Positions 49,227 to 59,736 of a DNA stretch of 64,000 bases are shown one piece after another. The notes under the pieces were generated by a model that worked only from the letters and a program-made list of their open reading frames with translations, was not told the origin of the DNA and did not search any database. The stretch comes from Candidatus Woesearchaeota archaeon (lineage in GTDB: Archaea; Nanobdellota; Nanobdellia; Pacearchaeales; GW2011-AR1), in contig CAZETU010000001.1 of the NCBI GenBank assembly GCA_964514585.1, forward strand, positions 225,309 to 289,308. Reading direction: 5' to 3'. The position numbers were made by a program, and so were the translations under genes. Every line of letters starts with the position of its first letter. Position 1 is the first letter of the stretch.

Positions 49227-50312
49227 TTACTTTTTCTCATTGGCAACAACCGCCTCAGAATATTCTTTCCCCAATGTATCCATTAACTCCCTTACCGGAA
49301 TAATCTTGTCACACCGATAAGCATTAGTTCCAGCAAAAGCAAACCCATGATGAAGATCCCCCTCTCCCGCATTCTTAAGAGCAGCAGCAATACAGTAAGG
49401 CGACTCCTTAGGCTTACAGGCATTAAGACAATGATAAGGACATGAAAAATTATCTCTTTCACCACTCATAACCCTTTCCAAAAACGCATTATTTACGGCA
49501 CGACCCGGAAACCCAACTGGACTATCTATCAAAATAATATCTTCTTTTTTAGCATCAAGATAAACTTGCTTAAATCTAATATTCGCATCGCATTCATCAG
49601 TCACAACAAAACGCGTTCCCATTTGAACTCCCTTGGCGCCCCAACCCAAAGCTTCATAAATATCAGCACCAGTATAAATTCCCCCGGCAGCAATAATCGG
49701 AATATTAAGTCCCTTAACTTTCTCTACTGCTCTCTTAACTTCCCTCTCAAGAGAACTCTCAACAAATGGAGGATCCTCTAATCTCTTTCTACCATAACCC
49801 AAATGACCTCCCGCCTTAGGTCCTTCAATAACAATCGCCGCCGGGGAATAATTATAATTACCCCACTCTTTAAGAATATGCGGAATAAACCTAGCATAAG
49901 AAATAACCGGCACGGCCATCGTATCAGAATCTTCAATTTTCTTTGGAAGATTCGCATCAAATCCAGCACCAGTAAACAACAAAGGAACTTTTTCCTTAAC
50001 AATAGTTTCAATTAATGTGTCATAATCACTTAAGGCATACATAACATTCGCAGCAATAACACCTCTCCCATTAGACATCCCTCTCGCCTTATTAATCTCA
50101 GACACCAAAGCAACCACATTGGCCTCAGCATAAGACCCATCAAAATTCTCATGGTTCCCAAGCCCAACGGTAGCAATATTCCCAACTCCACCATTATTAG
50201 CAACAGCACTCGCCAAACCCGCTTTAGAAATATTAACACCCATGCCCCCCTGAATAATACAAGTATCAATCTCCAACCCACCAATATTAATCCCAGATAT
50301 TTTTTCTTCCAT
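49227..50312 (-). CDS. Nitronate monooxygenase / FabK-like flavoprotein
   Basis: IIQGGMGV, EGPKAGGHLG, IIAAGGI and GVQMGTRF. Confidence 0.9.
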   Translation of the reverse strand: MEEKISGINIGGLEIDTCIIQGGMGVNISKAGLASAVANNGGVGNIATVGLGNHENFDGSYAEANVVALVSEINKARGMSNGRGVIAANVMYALSDYDTLIETIVKEKVPLLFTGAGFDANLPKKIEDSDTMAVPVISYARFIPHILKEWGNYNYSPAAIVIEGPKAGGHLGYGRKRLEDPPFVESSLEREVKRAVEKVKGLNIPIIAAGGIYTGADIYEALGWGAKGVQMGTRFVVTDECDANIRFKQVYLDAKKEDIILIDSPVGFPGRAVNNAFLERVMSGERDNFSCPYHCLNACKPKESPYCIAAALKNAGEGDLHHGFAFAGTNAYRCDKIIPVRELMDTLGKEYSEAVVANEKK

Positions 50313-50380
50313 GCAATAATATTCTAGAGCACTACTTAAAATTTTATATACTATTTCACTCCAGAACGCCAGTAACTTAA

Positions 50381-50770
50381 TTACTCAATATCCTCAGGAG
50401 TTTTAACTGGCGCTTCGATCTTCTCAACTTCCTCTTCAGAACCAGTAAGTTCCATCATCTCACCACTTTCAGCAATATTCTTTTCCTCTTCCTTCTCAAC
50501 CCTAATCTTTTCAGCGTCAGAAACCTTGCTATCTTCAACCTTAATCTTACCTAAATCTTCCTCTCTCTTTTGAGGCATTGGCTTATTAACAGAAATAGGC
50601 AAAACACCAGTATCCAATTCTCTCTCCGCAATTCTCAAAGGATCATAATTAGCACCTTCCAACTCTTCCTCACTCATATCAGTCAAAAGCGGCGCATCCA
50701 TAGAAATCTGCAAACCCCTAGCTCCAATAATCCGAGCCCTTTCATACTTAGAAAATTCTTGTTTATCCAT
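50381..50770 (-). CDS. rpoK: RNA polymerase subunit Rpo6 (K) with acidic C-terminal extension
   Basis: SKYERARIIGARGLQISMDAP...IAERE. Confidence 0.93.
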   Translation of the reverse strand: MDKQEFSKYERARIIGARGLQISMDAPLLTDMSEEELEGANYDPLRIAERELDTGVLPISVNKPMPQKREEDLGKIKVEDSKVSDAEKIRVEKEEEKNIAESGEMMELTGSEEEVEKIEAPVKTPEDIE

Positions 50771-50774
50771 GTTA

Positions 50775-51596
50775 TTATCCAAACACATATTCCTTAACTT
50801 TAGGGAATAACTCTGACCATTTATCTTCAACAAGCTTTAAAATATTTTGCATATCCTCACTGTTAATAGTCCCAGCTTTCCCTTTCTGCATAGCAGTAAT
50901 TCTAGGGCTCCCATTGTTATCACCAACAGCAATAGTTAATCTGAATTCCGAAATTTCTTCTTCCTCTTTGCCAACATCCGCAACAATCTTCCCACCAATC
51001 TTGTGAAAAGTCATGCTGAAAGATAAAACATCTTTGTTTAATGGAATTCCTTCTTCGCCAAAGCCTTCAACCTTATCTTCTTCCTCGTTGTAGATTGGCA
51101 TTCTTGCTCGACCTAATGCAATGATTGCAGCAAGACCTGCTACATCCAATAAATTTCCATCATCGTTAATAGCAATAATATCTACAAATACTTGCCATAC
51201 CTTTTCGCCTTCCTTAATACAAAGACCCTTAAAATCAATAAATCCTGATTCCCGGATACCCCTATCAATTACTCGACTCATTTCGATAGCATTAATTCCA
51301 GGTCTTCCAATATCAAATTGCTGTGAAGACATAGGATGTAATTCTGCGCTAGTCATAAAAGTTCCCTCATTAGGTGAATCAGGGTATGGGGTTGCAAGAG
51401 CTAAATGAACACCTGCTATAACTTCAGTCTTACCAATCTTAACACTTACTGCAGAAGCAGAATTCTCACTAATTCCTTCCTTAACTATAATCTCTCGGTA
51501 ATCTTCAGCATTTCTTCCATCAAGCCTCTTTCCAGACTCAGCTAGACAAGATTCAATCTTTTCCCTCTGTAAGTTAGGTATAATATATTTACTCAT
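50775..51596 (-). CDS. rrp42: Exosome subunit Rrp42
   Basis: GKRLDGR, IGKTEVIAGV, SRVIDRGIRES and DDGNLLD. Confidence 0.95.
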   Translation of the reverse strand: MSKYIIPNLQREKIESCLAESGKRLDGRNAEDYREIIVKEGISENSASAVSVKIGKTEVIAGVHLALATPYPDSPNEGTFMTSAELHPMSSQQFDIGRPGINAIEMSRVIDRGIRESGFIDFKGLCIKEGEKVWQVFVDIIAINDDGNLLDVAGLAAIIALGRARMPIYNEEEDKVEGFGEEGIPLNKDVLSFSMTFHKIGGKIVADVGKEEEEISEFRLTIAVGDNNGSPRITAMQKGKAGTINSEDMQNILKLVEDKWSELFPKVKEYVFG

Positions 51597-52320
51597 TGTC
51601 TTTATCCTCGCCATTTACATTCTTAAGCGCTTCCATTTGAACCTTTAAAATATCTTCACATGCAACCTTAGCTAATTCAATAACATCTTTAAATTCTGGA
51701 ATTGAAATCTTTCCATCAAGCTGCAAAAGAGCAATCTCTTTGCTTCGAGAAGTTAATACCACTGGGATATCTGTAGATCCTTCAGCATCGTGGAATTCAG
51801 AATCTTCATATTTGTCTAAATCAACAACTAAAGTCTTATCAATCTTACCAACACCAATAGCTGAAACCATTTCCTTCATTGGGATTCCTGCGTGTGCTAA
51901 GGCCATAGCTGCTGCATTGATACCTGCAACTCGCGTTCCAGCATCTGCTTGTGGAATTTGAATGAAAACATCAACAACAGTGTTTGGGAATTCAGATAAA
52001 TCAACAACAGAGCTCAAGGCCCACTCAGTAACCTTAGAAATTTCTTCACTTCTTCGATTAGGTCCTGGTCTAATTCTATCCTCAACAGAAAATGGCATCA
52101 TACCATAGTTAACTCTTAAAATTCCAGTTTGTGCATTTTGCATATGTTGCGGATGTAATGTCCTCGGACCCCGAACAACAGCAATAGCCTTTGTCTTTCC
52201 AGTCTCAAAGATAGCAGAACCATCTGCGGAAGGGACAACCCCCACCTTAGCGATCATAGGACGAACCTCAGTCATCTTTCGACCATCATTTCTCTTAGTA
52301 TAAATTCCTTTATCTGCCAT
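51589..52320 (-). CDS. rrp41: Exosome subunit Rrp41
   Basis: RNDGRKMTEVRP, ADGSA, RRSEEIS and ADAGTRVAGINAA. Confidence 0.96.
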   Translation of the reverse strand: MADKGIYTKRNDGRKMTEVRPMIAKVGVVPSADGSAIFETGKTKAIAVVRGPRTLHPQHMQNAQTGILRVNYGMMPFSVEDRIRPGPNRRSEEISKVTEWALSSVVDLSEFPNTVVDVFIQIPQADAGTRVAGINAAAMALAHAGIPMKEMVSAIGVGKIDKTLVVDLDKYEDSEFHDAEGSTDIPVVLTSRSKEIALLQLDGKISIPEFKDVIELAKVACEDILKVQMEALKNVNGEDKDNE

Positions 52321-53084
52321 TATTCTTTATCCTCCATATTTTCTGACTCACCAGAGTCATCCCGAGATGGGGACCCATCAGTATTTTCTGCAACAATTTC
52401 TACCGTATCAACATTCATCCCAAGTCCCTTAATAAACTTTTCAACCTTCTCAGTCAATCCAGTAATAGTAGTATTCTCGACGATAAATTCAACAATTTTC
52501 TTTGTAGAAATTTCCTTTTCAGCAGAATTACCACTAATCCAAACCTTACCATTCTGTCCAACTGTAATATCACATCCAGTCGCACCCTTAATCATCTTAA
52601 CCATACTTCCTTCCTTGCCAATAATTCTAGGAACCTTATTCGGACTTACAGAAATAATCATTCCACCGTCAATCTTTCCAAATCCTCTCATCTTCATAGA
52701 AGCATCAATTCCTCGAGACTTAACATCCCAAACCTTAACAACAACAGATTCGCCGAAATCCAAAAATTCCCTCAACTCATTTCTATTAATATATCGTGGC
52801 ACTTCAGCAACAGGCAAAAACGCGTTCTGAGCTCCGCCAAAATCAATCAACCATCCATTAAATGTAATATCAACAATAGTCCCAATAATCGTATTCCCTC
52901 GTCTTGGGTAGTAAGCTCCAGAAACCGGAATCACCCTAACGTGCTTTTCAAAAATATTCAAAATTCCATATCGACCCGCAACAACATCCGCACCATCTCG
53001 GTAAGCACCATCGCCAGGTAAAAACTCATTCCCTGTCGCTACAACCTCTCCGGGTATAACGATTTGTCTTTTTTCCTTAACCAT
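52320..53084 (-). CDS. rrp4: Exosome RNA-binding subunit Rrp4
   Basis: VIPGEVV, S1 domain and KH VPRIIGKEGSM...GQNG.VW. Confidence 0.95.
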   Translation of the reverse strand: MVKEKRQIVIPGEVVATGNEFLPGDGAYRDGADVVAGRYGILNIFEKHVRVIPVSGAYYPRRGNTIIGTIVDITFNGWLIDFGGAQNAFLPVAEVPRYINRNELREFLDFGESVVVKVWDVKSRGIDASMKMRGFGKIDGGMIISVSPNKVPRIIGKEGSMVKMIKGATGCDITVGQNGKVWISGNSAEKEISTKKIVEFIVENTTITGLTEKVEKFIKGLGMNVDTVEIVAENTDGSPSRDDSGESENMEDKE

Positions 53085-53180
53085 ATTATTTTTTCGAGAT
53101 AATCTATAATTTTATGATGCCCAGTGACATCCAATTTTTCTTCTCGTGTAATTATTTCTAAGAAAAAGGGTTTATAAAGT

Positions 53181-53858
53181 TTACGCCTTCAACTCTTCAC
53201 TCAAAACAGACCCATGAGTCGCCCCATTAATCCTATCATAAAAATCAAAAATCATCGCCGTCGGCATCTCAACAACAACTTCCAAATCGCCATTATTCTT
53301 CCAACTCTCTTCCTTCATAAATTCCTTAACAATCCCATAAGCCTTCCCAGTATGAATCGCCGGAACAGTCAACTTCACCCTCTTCATCTCAATCTTAATC
53401 GGCAACACCTTAGATAACTGATCCATAATATCCTGAACCTGCGACTCAATCGGTTTATTCTTAACATTAACATTAGCCTCACCAAGAGCCTTCATCATCC
53501 TATCCGGAGTATACGGCCGACCCTCAGGACTAACCGCATTCTTACTCAAGAAATCAACCACCTGTTTATACTTCTTATCGTGCTCACTCTTCATCGACTC
53601 AGCTGTCCGAACAACCTCACCCTCCTTAATAATTTTCTCAGCAACACTCATAACATCACTAGTCCCAAAAGCACTCTCTAAATCAATAATGCCAGCATTC
53701 TCTCCAGCTTTCAAATTATGAAAAATAGCATCAGTCAAAACAGCCGCCCCAATATTAGCACCAGCCTCGTCCTTCCTAACCTTCATAGCCTCTTCCAAAT
53801 CCACAAGAATCTCAAAATGCTTCCCGCCCTTCTTAACACGTGCCGTAGTCTGCCCCAT
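53181..53858 (-). CDS. sdo1: Ribosome maturation factor SBDS/Sdo1
   Basis: ARVKKGGKHFEILVD; position within the exosome superoperon. Confidence 0.93.
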   Translation of the reverse strand: MGQTTARVKKGGKHFEILVDLEEAMKVRKDEAGANIGAAVLTDAIFHNLKAGENAGIIDLESAFGTSDVMSVAEKIIKEGEVVRTAESMKSEHDKKYKQVVDFLSKNAVSPEGRPYTPDRMMKALGEANVNVKNKPIESQVQDIMDQLSKVLPIKIEMKRVKLTVPAIHTGKAYGIVKEFMKEESWKNNGDLEVVVEMPTAMIFDFYDRINGATHGSVLSEELKA

Positions 53859-53892
53859 ATTACAATCAAGCCTCTCGAGTATTTATATTTAA

Positions 53893-54270
53893 TCATCGAT
53901 TCAAAACAAGACCGGGAGCAATAGATATTTCGTCGTAAAGACCATCATCAACTAAAGTATCATCACCCTTATAAAATTTTAAATTCGCATATGTTGTTAA
54001 AACCAGTGCTGGTAATGCCGGCGTAGCAGCAATCGCACATAATTTATAGGGCCATGTGTCATGCCGAAAATCATCGCTAAATATTTTAATAGAATGCTCT
54101 ACGCTCCTAGCAAAATCACCATTTTCAAATCTTCTACCAATAGAAGTATAATTAATTCTTTTAGAAAGCCCCCAGTCATTAACCCATAGTCTCAATCCCA
54201 TAAAACAAATACGCAAACAGTCTTTATATTCATTATTACACTTAAACATTAGTTTTGTTGAACAAATCAC
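53893..54270 (-). CDS. Hypothetical protein inserted between psmA and sdo1
   Basis: ORF only; start uncertain. Confidence 0.45.
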   Translation of the reverse strand: MICSTKLMFKCNNEYKDCLRICFMGLRLWVNDWGLSKRINYTSIGRRFENGDFARSVEHSIKIFSDDFRHDTWPYKLCAIAATPALPALVLTTYANLKFYKGDDTLVDDGLYDEISIAPGLVLNR

Positions 54271-54316
54271 TATAAATCAAATCGTCTGCGACCCTGACGG
54301 TAAACGATTTGGTATC

Positions 54317-54336
54317 TAAAATTCTTTAGAATTTTA
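54317..54336. terminator. Perfect inverted repeat downstream of psmA
   Basis: TAAAATTCT-TT-AGAATTTTA; a second IR AAATCGT...ACGATTT is adjacent. Confidence 0.4.
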
Positions 54337-54365
54337 ACTAACGATTTTTAACGAAATCAAAAATA

Positions 54366-55064
54366 TTAATCCAACAACTCTTTCCCGCTAACCTTCGTAA
54401 TCTTCCCTTCTTCCAAAATCCCAGCATCAAATCTCTCAACGCTAAATTCCTCACCCTGAATCTCCTTAAAAATATCCAAAGCCAACTTAACACCTTCCTT
54501 CTTTGTCAAACCTTCCTGGTATTTAGCTCTCAACAGCTTCCGAATCTTTTCGTCATTCTCCCCAATCGCGTTCGCCTTATACTTCAAATAATTCCCAGTA
54601 ATATCAGTCGTATACAAAACAGGCTCCCCGTTAATACCAGCAAACAACATCGAAACTCCAAACGGCCTAGCCCCACCATACTGCGTAAACTGCTGCTTAA
54701 CATCCGCAATATCCCGAACAATAGACTCAGTAGTCGGAGGCGAATCATAAGTCATCCTATGCTGCTGAGAAAGAATTCTAGCTTTCTCAACCAAAACTCT
54801 AGCGTCCGAAGTAATCCCAGCCGAAACCGCAATAATATGATCATCAATTTCCTGAATCTTATTCGCCGATCCTTCAACAACCAAAGAATCTCGACTTCGT
54901 CTGTCAGAAACAATCACGACAGCGTCCTTACAAACAATTCCAATCGAAGCCGAACCCAACCGAATCGTTTTCTCCGCGTACTCAACCTGCAAAATGTGAC
55001 CATCCGGTGCAAACATTGTCGCCGCCCGATCGTATCCCATTTGTTGATGCTGTATATCTTCCAT
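54366..55064 (-). CDS. psmA: Proteasome alpha subunit
   Basis: MGYDRAATMFAPDGHILQVEYA and GARPFGVS. Confidence 0.97.
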   Translation of the reverse strand: MEDIQHQQMGYDRAATMFAPDGHILQVEYAEKTIRLGSASIGIVCKDAVVIVSDRRSRDSLVVEGSANKIQEIDDHIIAVSAGITSDARVLVEKARILSQQHRMTYDSPPTTESIVRDIADVKQQFTQYGGARPFGVSMLFAGINGEPVLYTTDITGNYLKYKANAIGENDEKIRKLLRAKYQEGLTKKEGVKLALDIFKEIQGEEFSVERFDAGILEEGKITKVSGKELLD

Positions 55065-55098
55065 AACAATAATCAAAATTCGCCCTTAATAAAACTTA

Positions 55099-55380
55099 TT
55101 ATTCTAGACTTTTCAACGTTCCGGACACTTTTTCAACAGAAATCCCAGCCAAAGCAAGAGCAGCCCTCACATCATTAAGCGAACCAACCAAACAACTCCC
55201 AACAAGCCGCCCAGGAAATTTATCAGAATTAACTTTTCTATAAGCAGCCTTAGAAAACCCAAGAACCCCAATGTACTCCAAAATCGCAGACTCAACTTTA
55301 GCATTAGAACTCTTAATCAAAAAATACCTTCTCTTATCTCTTGCCGACGGTTTTAACTTTAGCCTTTTTATGCCTGCCAT
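55099..55380 (-). CDS. pop5: RNase P protein Pop5/Rpp14
   Basis: LKPSARDKRRYF...DVRAALAL..KVSGTLK; adjacent to psmA as in the conserved superoperon. Confidence 0.8.
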   Translation of the reverse strand: MAGIKRLKLKPSARDKRRYFLIKSSNAKVESAILEYIGVLGFSKAAYRKVNSDKFPGRLVGSCLVGSLNDVRAALALAGISVEKVSGTLKSLE

Positions 55381-58012
55381 GTTTCCTTCTCCTTTTAGAG
55401 TGTCTCAAGACTTTTAACTTCTTCGGCTTCTTAGTGAGAGAATTCAAAAAAGATACAACAAGAAAAATCGTAGCAATTATAAGAAAAACAGTAATCCAAG
55501 AATTCTCCCAAAGCTTCCTATAATTTATCCATTTTTCTTTCACTTCAGCAACTTCATCTCCCTCTTCAATAATACTCCCATTTCTAACAATCTTCGCAAG
55601 ACCGGTCTCTTCATAAATTTTCATAATAGTAACGTTAGCTTGATTATTCCCAATACTATTCAACTTAACAAGCAAATTATAATAATAAGGAGAAGTAAAA
55701 TTAATCTTCTTTTCCTGCCCAGCAAATAACATAAATTCAATAGGCTCACTTTCAACCAAAATTTTAACAGAACTAGTATTAACTCCCAAAACTCTCAACT
55801 CATGTCCGACACTACTAACATTAAAAATAATTTTCTCATTTTTTCTAAGCTTAAAACTAACGCTTTTCCCATCACTTATTTCAGACTCCTCTACGATATG
55901 ACTCTTAGGATTAGCACCACCAGTACTAGTACTAGTTCCACCACCAGGAGTCACAACTGCAGCAGAAGTCGTAAAACTATTCCCCTCAGAAACATTGCAA
56001 TTGTCAGCCCGATCACAAGAAGTAACATTGTAAGTATAAATTGTAGAAGAGGCAAGCCCAGAAATTACAACAGAATGATTAGCTTCATAAGCTGAGGAAG
56101 TTCCTTCCAAGCTAACAGAAGAATTCGCAATCTCATCAGTCGTCCAAGTTATAGTGGCTGAAGACACAGTAACACTAGCAGAAACACCGCTAATCACAGG
56201 AGCAGTCGCATCATAAGTAATACTATAATTCCTCTCGGCAAAATTCTCATTAGAATTATTATTAACAACAAAGCAACTCCATAAATAATCACTCTCGTTT
56301 TCAAAAGTATAATTAAAAATTGTCTCGTTTTCAACACCCGAAATATTAACGGTCTCATTATAAATCAAATAAGAAGAGTTCCATAAATAAAAAGTAAGAT
56401 TACTTAAGCCATAATCAGAATCGCTCCTGGCAGTACAATTAAAATTAGTTTCATTTACATTGGTATACGTCCCATTACTAGGAGAATTCAAGGTAACCTC
56501 AGACCCAGCAATAACAATACTATAATTAGAAGCAGTAGCAAAATTATTTTGCAAATCATAAATCTCACAACTCCAGTTATAGTTATCTTGAAACATCCCA
56601 GTCACATTAAAACTCGTCTCGTTAGAAATCCCCGTCAAATTTACAGTCTCATTATAATAAAACACACTTGAATTCCAAATTTTCAATGTCACATTCCCAA
56701 GCTGCCAATCTGTAGCATTACAAACAAAAGTCTGATTCTCCAATAAACTAATCTTATCATCATTAGGAGAAACAAGCGAAACATTCGGAGCAATATTATC
56801 AATAGACAAAATAGCGTCATAAAGATTTATTCTAGAATAATTATTCCCAAGCTCACTAATAGTCTCGCCAGTGTCATAAAAAATATCTTCAATCTCTGAA
56901 GGAGTTTTAGATTGACTAGTCAAACTCAAAACTTGATTCAAAACCGAAATCGCGCCCGCAACCATAGGAGTTGCCATCGAAGTGCCACCCCTTTCTTCAT
57001 AGCTTCCCAAATAATCAGTTGAATTAACATCTCTACCAATCCCTAATAATTTTAACAAAGAATTACGATTATACCACAAGACATCAGATTTAGAAACAGC
57101 CCCAACGGGGGTAGCACTTGAAATACAAGAAGGCCAAGTAATCCCGTCATCCCATCCATCATTCCCAGTAGCCACAGTAACAGAAATCCCAGCCGCAACA
57201 GCAGCATTAATAATCGAAGTCGTCGCATTCACGTCAGCATCACAAGAACTAGTTTTTTTAGTAGCAGCCCCGAGACTCGCAGTAATAACCGAAATATTAT
57301 AAGTCGCAGCATTATCAATACACCACTGCAATCCATCCTCAAAATCACTAGAAGAACCGTCTCCATTGTTATCCATAATCTTCACAACAACTAATCCAAC
57401 ATCAGTCGCAATTCCACTAATACCACCATTCGCCCCGACAATTCCCGCAACATGAGTCCCATGCCCATCATCATCACTAGCATTATTATCCTCCGTCGTA
57501 GTATCAGGGCAACACCCGCCCCCACCATAATCACTATATTCGCAAAAACATTTTTGAGCTAAAATTCTCCCAGCAAAATCAGGATGATCAATATCAATCC
57601 CGGTATCCAAAATACAAACAGACTGAGAACCCCCCGTCAAATTAATCCCATCAATTTTCAAATTCCAAGAATTATTAACCCCAACAATTCCAACAGAATC
57701 CTGCATAAAAACTTTCAACGGAATATTTCTTCTAACCTCAGAAACGCTAAAATCAGATTTCAAAATTTTCAATTCCTCCTCGGTCACAAAAGCAGTATAC
57801 TTATTCCCCCTCTCCGAAATTTTCCTAATACTATGATTAACAGAATTCATACTCTTTAATCCCCTTTCCCTCAAAATATTTTTCTCAACAATCACAGCGA
57901 CCCTATTTTCACCCTCATCAAATTTTTCCAAAATAGACTTATCAACCTTAGCTCCACTAACGAATCCAATCGCCAACAACCCAAAAACAAAAACAAAAAT
58001 CCATCTATTCAT
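55334..58012 (-). CDS. Membrane-anchored S8 (subtilisin-like) serine protease with Ig/FN3-like repeats
   Basis: Catalytic triad ILDTGID, GHGTHVAG and GTSMATP; start MNRWIF at 58012; many NxT/S sites; C-terminal transmembrane segment. Confidence 0.93.
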   Translation of the reverse strand: MNRWIFVFVFGLLAIGFVSGAKVDKSILEKFDEGENRVAVIVEKNILRERGLKSMNSVNHSIRKISERGNKYTAFVTEEELKILKSDFSVSEVRRNIPLKVFMQDSVGIVGVNNSWNLKIDGINLTGGSQSVCILDTGIDIDHPDFAGRILAQKCFCEYSDYGGGGCCPDTTTEDNNASDDDGHGTHVAGIVGANGGISGIATDVGLVVVKIMDNNGDGSSSDFEDGLQWCIDNAATYNISVITASLGAATKKTSSCDADVNATTSIINAAVAAGISVTVATGNDGWDDGITWPSCISSATPVGAVSKSDVLWYNRNSLLKLLGIGRDVNSTDYLGSYEERGGTSMATPMVAGAISVLNQVLSLTSQSKTPSEIEDIFYDTGETISELGNNYSRINLYDAILSIDNIAPNVSLVSPNDDKISLLENQTFVCNATDWQLGNVTLKIWNSSVFYYNETVNLTGISNETSFNVTGMFQDNYNWSCEIYDLQNNFATASNYSIVIAGSEVTLNSPSNGTYTNVNETNFNCTARSDSDYGLSNLTFYLWNSSYLIYNETVNISGVENETIFNYTFENESDYLWSCFVVNNNSNENFAERNYSITYDATAPVISGVSASVTVSSATITWTTDEIANSSVSLEGTSSAYEANHSVVISGLASSTIYTYNVTSCDRADNCNVSEGNSFTTSAAVVTPGGGTSTSTGGANPKSHIVEESEISDGKSVSFKLRKNEKIIFNVSSVGHELRVLGVNTSSVKILVESEPIEFMLFAGQEKKINFTSPYYYNLLVKLNSIGNNQANVTIMKIYEETGLAKIVRNGSIIEEGDEVAEVKEKWINYRKLWENSWITVFLIIATIFLVVSFLNSLTKKPKKLKVLRHSKRRRKHGRHKKAKVKTVGKR

Positions 58013-58283
58013 CCCAAATAACCTCACAATTACCGTCAATAAATTCACAGTGACCCTGTCCACAATCCATAGTCTCGGGCCTGCAATCCATAGTGCAAAG
58101 CGTTGAATTGCAATCTGGAGCCTCACTTGCCAAAACACAAGAATCAGAATGACAACAACTTGCCAACACACATTCTTCAGACAAAATTTCACCAGAATTA
58201 TAATTAGCAACGAACCAGAAAAACCCAATCACTAATAAGACTACGACGAAAATAAGCGTGCCAAGTAAACCTTTCTTGTTCAT
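58005..58283 (-). CDS. Small Cys-cluster membrane-anchored protein
   Basis: MNKKGLLGTLIFVVVLLVIG followed by 10 Cys in about 50 aa. Confidence 0.7.
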   Translation of the reverse strand: MNKKGLLGTLIFVVVLLVIGFFWFVANYNSGEILSEECVLASCCHSDSCVLASEAPDCNSTLCTMDCRPETMDCGQGHCEFIDGNCEVIWDE

Positions 58284-58360
58284 AATATCAACAGCCTCTT
58301 TACTGTTAAAAACATTACTACAAATCTTTAAAAACTTCATCCACTAAAAATTAATATAAG

Positions 58361-59692
58361 ATGGTGAAAATACATACGGTCGGCGGGTTCTCAGAAGTTG
58401 GAAAAAACATGGTAGTTATCGAATTAGAAGAAGATGCGTTCATCTTCGACGAGGGATTTTTCTTACCAGCAATAGTTTCAATGGAAGAACGAGATAAGGT
58501 TATGACCGAAAAAAGATTAAAATCAATAAAGGCAGTACCAGAAGATTCTGTAATCAAAAAAATAAAACACAAAGTCCGAGCACAGTTCATAAGTCACGCA
58601 CATCTTGATCACGTCGGAGCAATCCCCTTTATGTCAGACAAATATAACGCCCCAATTTACGGTACCCCTTTCACAATCGAAGTCCTAGGATCTTTACTAA
58701 GGGACAACGACATAGTCCTAAGAAACAAAACCTACTCAATAAAACCAAACACAACATTCTATGTAAACGGGAAAAACCAAAAATACAAAATTGACTTCAT
58801 CAACATAACGCACTCAACCGCCCAATGTCTAATGATTGCAATCCATACCCCAAAGGGCGCAATACTTTATGCCCCAGATTTCAAACTTGACGACACCCCG
58901 ATATTCGGATTAAAATCAAATTACAAAAGACTAAGAGAAATATCAAAAGAGGGAGTCCTTGCATTTATATGCGACTCACTTTATGCCCCACACGAAGGAA
59001 AGACCCCGTCGGAAAAAATAGCTAGAGCACTATTGGAAGAAGTTCTACTAACAATCCAAAATAGACATGCCGGGATGATAGTAACCACATTTTCTTCACA
59101 CATTGCAAGACTAAAAAGCATAGTAGAATTCGGCAAAAAATTAAACAGAGAAGTAGTTTTTCTAGGAAGAAGTTTGGACAAATATTCAACAGCAGCAAAA
59201 AATGCAAAAATAGCCCCATTCCTTAATGATGTCAATATTTCTAAATACCGAAGACAAGTAGAAAAAACACTACACAAAGTTGAGAGAAGAAGAAAAGATT
59301 ATATGATAGTTTGCACAGGACACCAAGGAGAACCAGGTTCAATTTTAGAAAGATTATCACGACATCAACTCCCATTCAAATTAAACCGAGATGACAACAT
59401 AGTTTTTTCATCGAGTGTAATTCCAACACCAGTTAATCAAGAACAATTCGCAAAAATGGAAGGACGTCTAAAAAGATCTAAACCAAGAATTTTTAGAGAT
59501 GCTCATGTTTCGGGACATCCAAGAAAAGAAGACCTTAGAGACATTATGCAAATTGTAAATCCTCAGCACGTTATTCCAGCTCATGCAGGAATAGAAAAAA
59601 CAAAATATATGGCCGACCTCGTAGGAGAAATGGGGTATAAGTTGGGAAAACAATGCCATCTAATGGCTGACGGAGAAGTTCTAAAATTGTAA
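58361..59692 (+). CDS. rnj: RNase J (MBL/beta-CASP)
   Basis: GGFSEVGKN, SHAHLDHVG, FSSHIAR, TGHQGEP, HVSGH and IPAH. Confidence 0.93.
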   Translation: MVKIHTVGGFSEVGKNMVVIELEEDAFIFDEGFFLPAIVSMEERDKVMTEKRLKSIKAVPEDSVIKKIKHKVRAQFISHAHLDHVGAIPFMSDKYNAPIYGTPFTIEVLGSLLRDNDIVLRNKTYSIKPNTTFYVNGKNQKYKIDFINITHSTAQCLMIAIHTPKGAILYAPDFKLDDTPIFGLKSNYKRLREISKEGVLAFICDSLYAPHEGKTPSEKIARALLEEVLLTIQNRHAGMIVTTFSSHIARLKSIVEFGKKLNREVVFLGRSLDKYSTAAKNAKIAPFLNDVNISKYRRQVEKTLHKVERRRKDYMIVCTGHQGEPGSILERLSRHQLPFKLNRDDNIVFSSSVIPTPVNQEQFAKMEGRLKRSKPRIFRDAHVSGHPRKEDLRDIMQIVNPQHVIPAHAGIEKTKYMADLVGEMGYKLGKQCHLMADGEVLKL

Positions 59693-59736
59693 TATCAGCA
59701 GGTAGCAAAAACAAGGAAAAAGACCTCGTCGGAGGT

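Noticed and set aside
48990-49230. Possible small gene or pseudogene between eno and the NMO gene (minus frame VVLVFCPVMF...RKR*EMSCRK; plus ORF 49082..49303)
   Set aside because: Short, interrupted by a TGA and without a recognisable motif; it cannot be supported either way.
58013-58228. 72-aa N-terminal extension of the subtilase ORF
   Set aside because: It overlaps the Cys-cluster gene in another frame; the signal peptide starts at ATG 58012.
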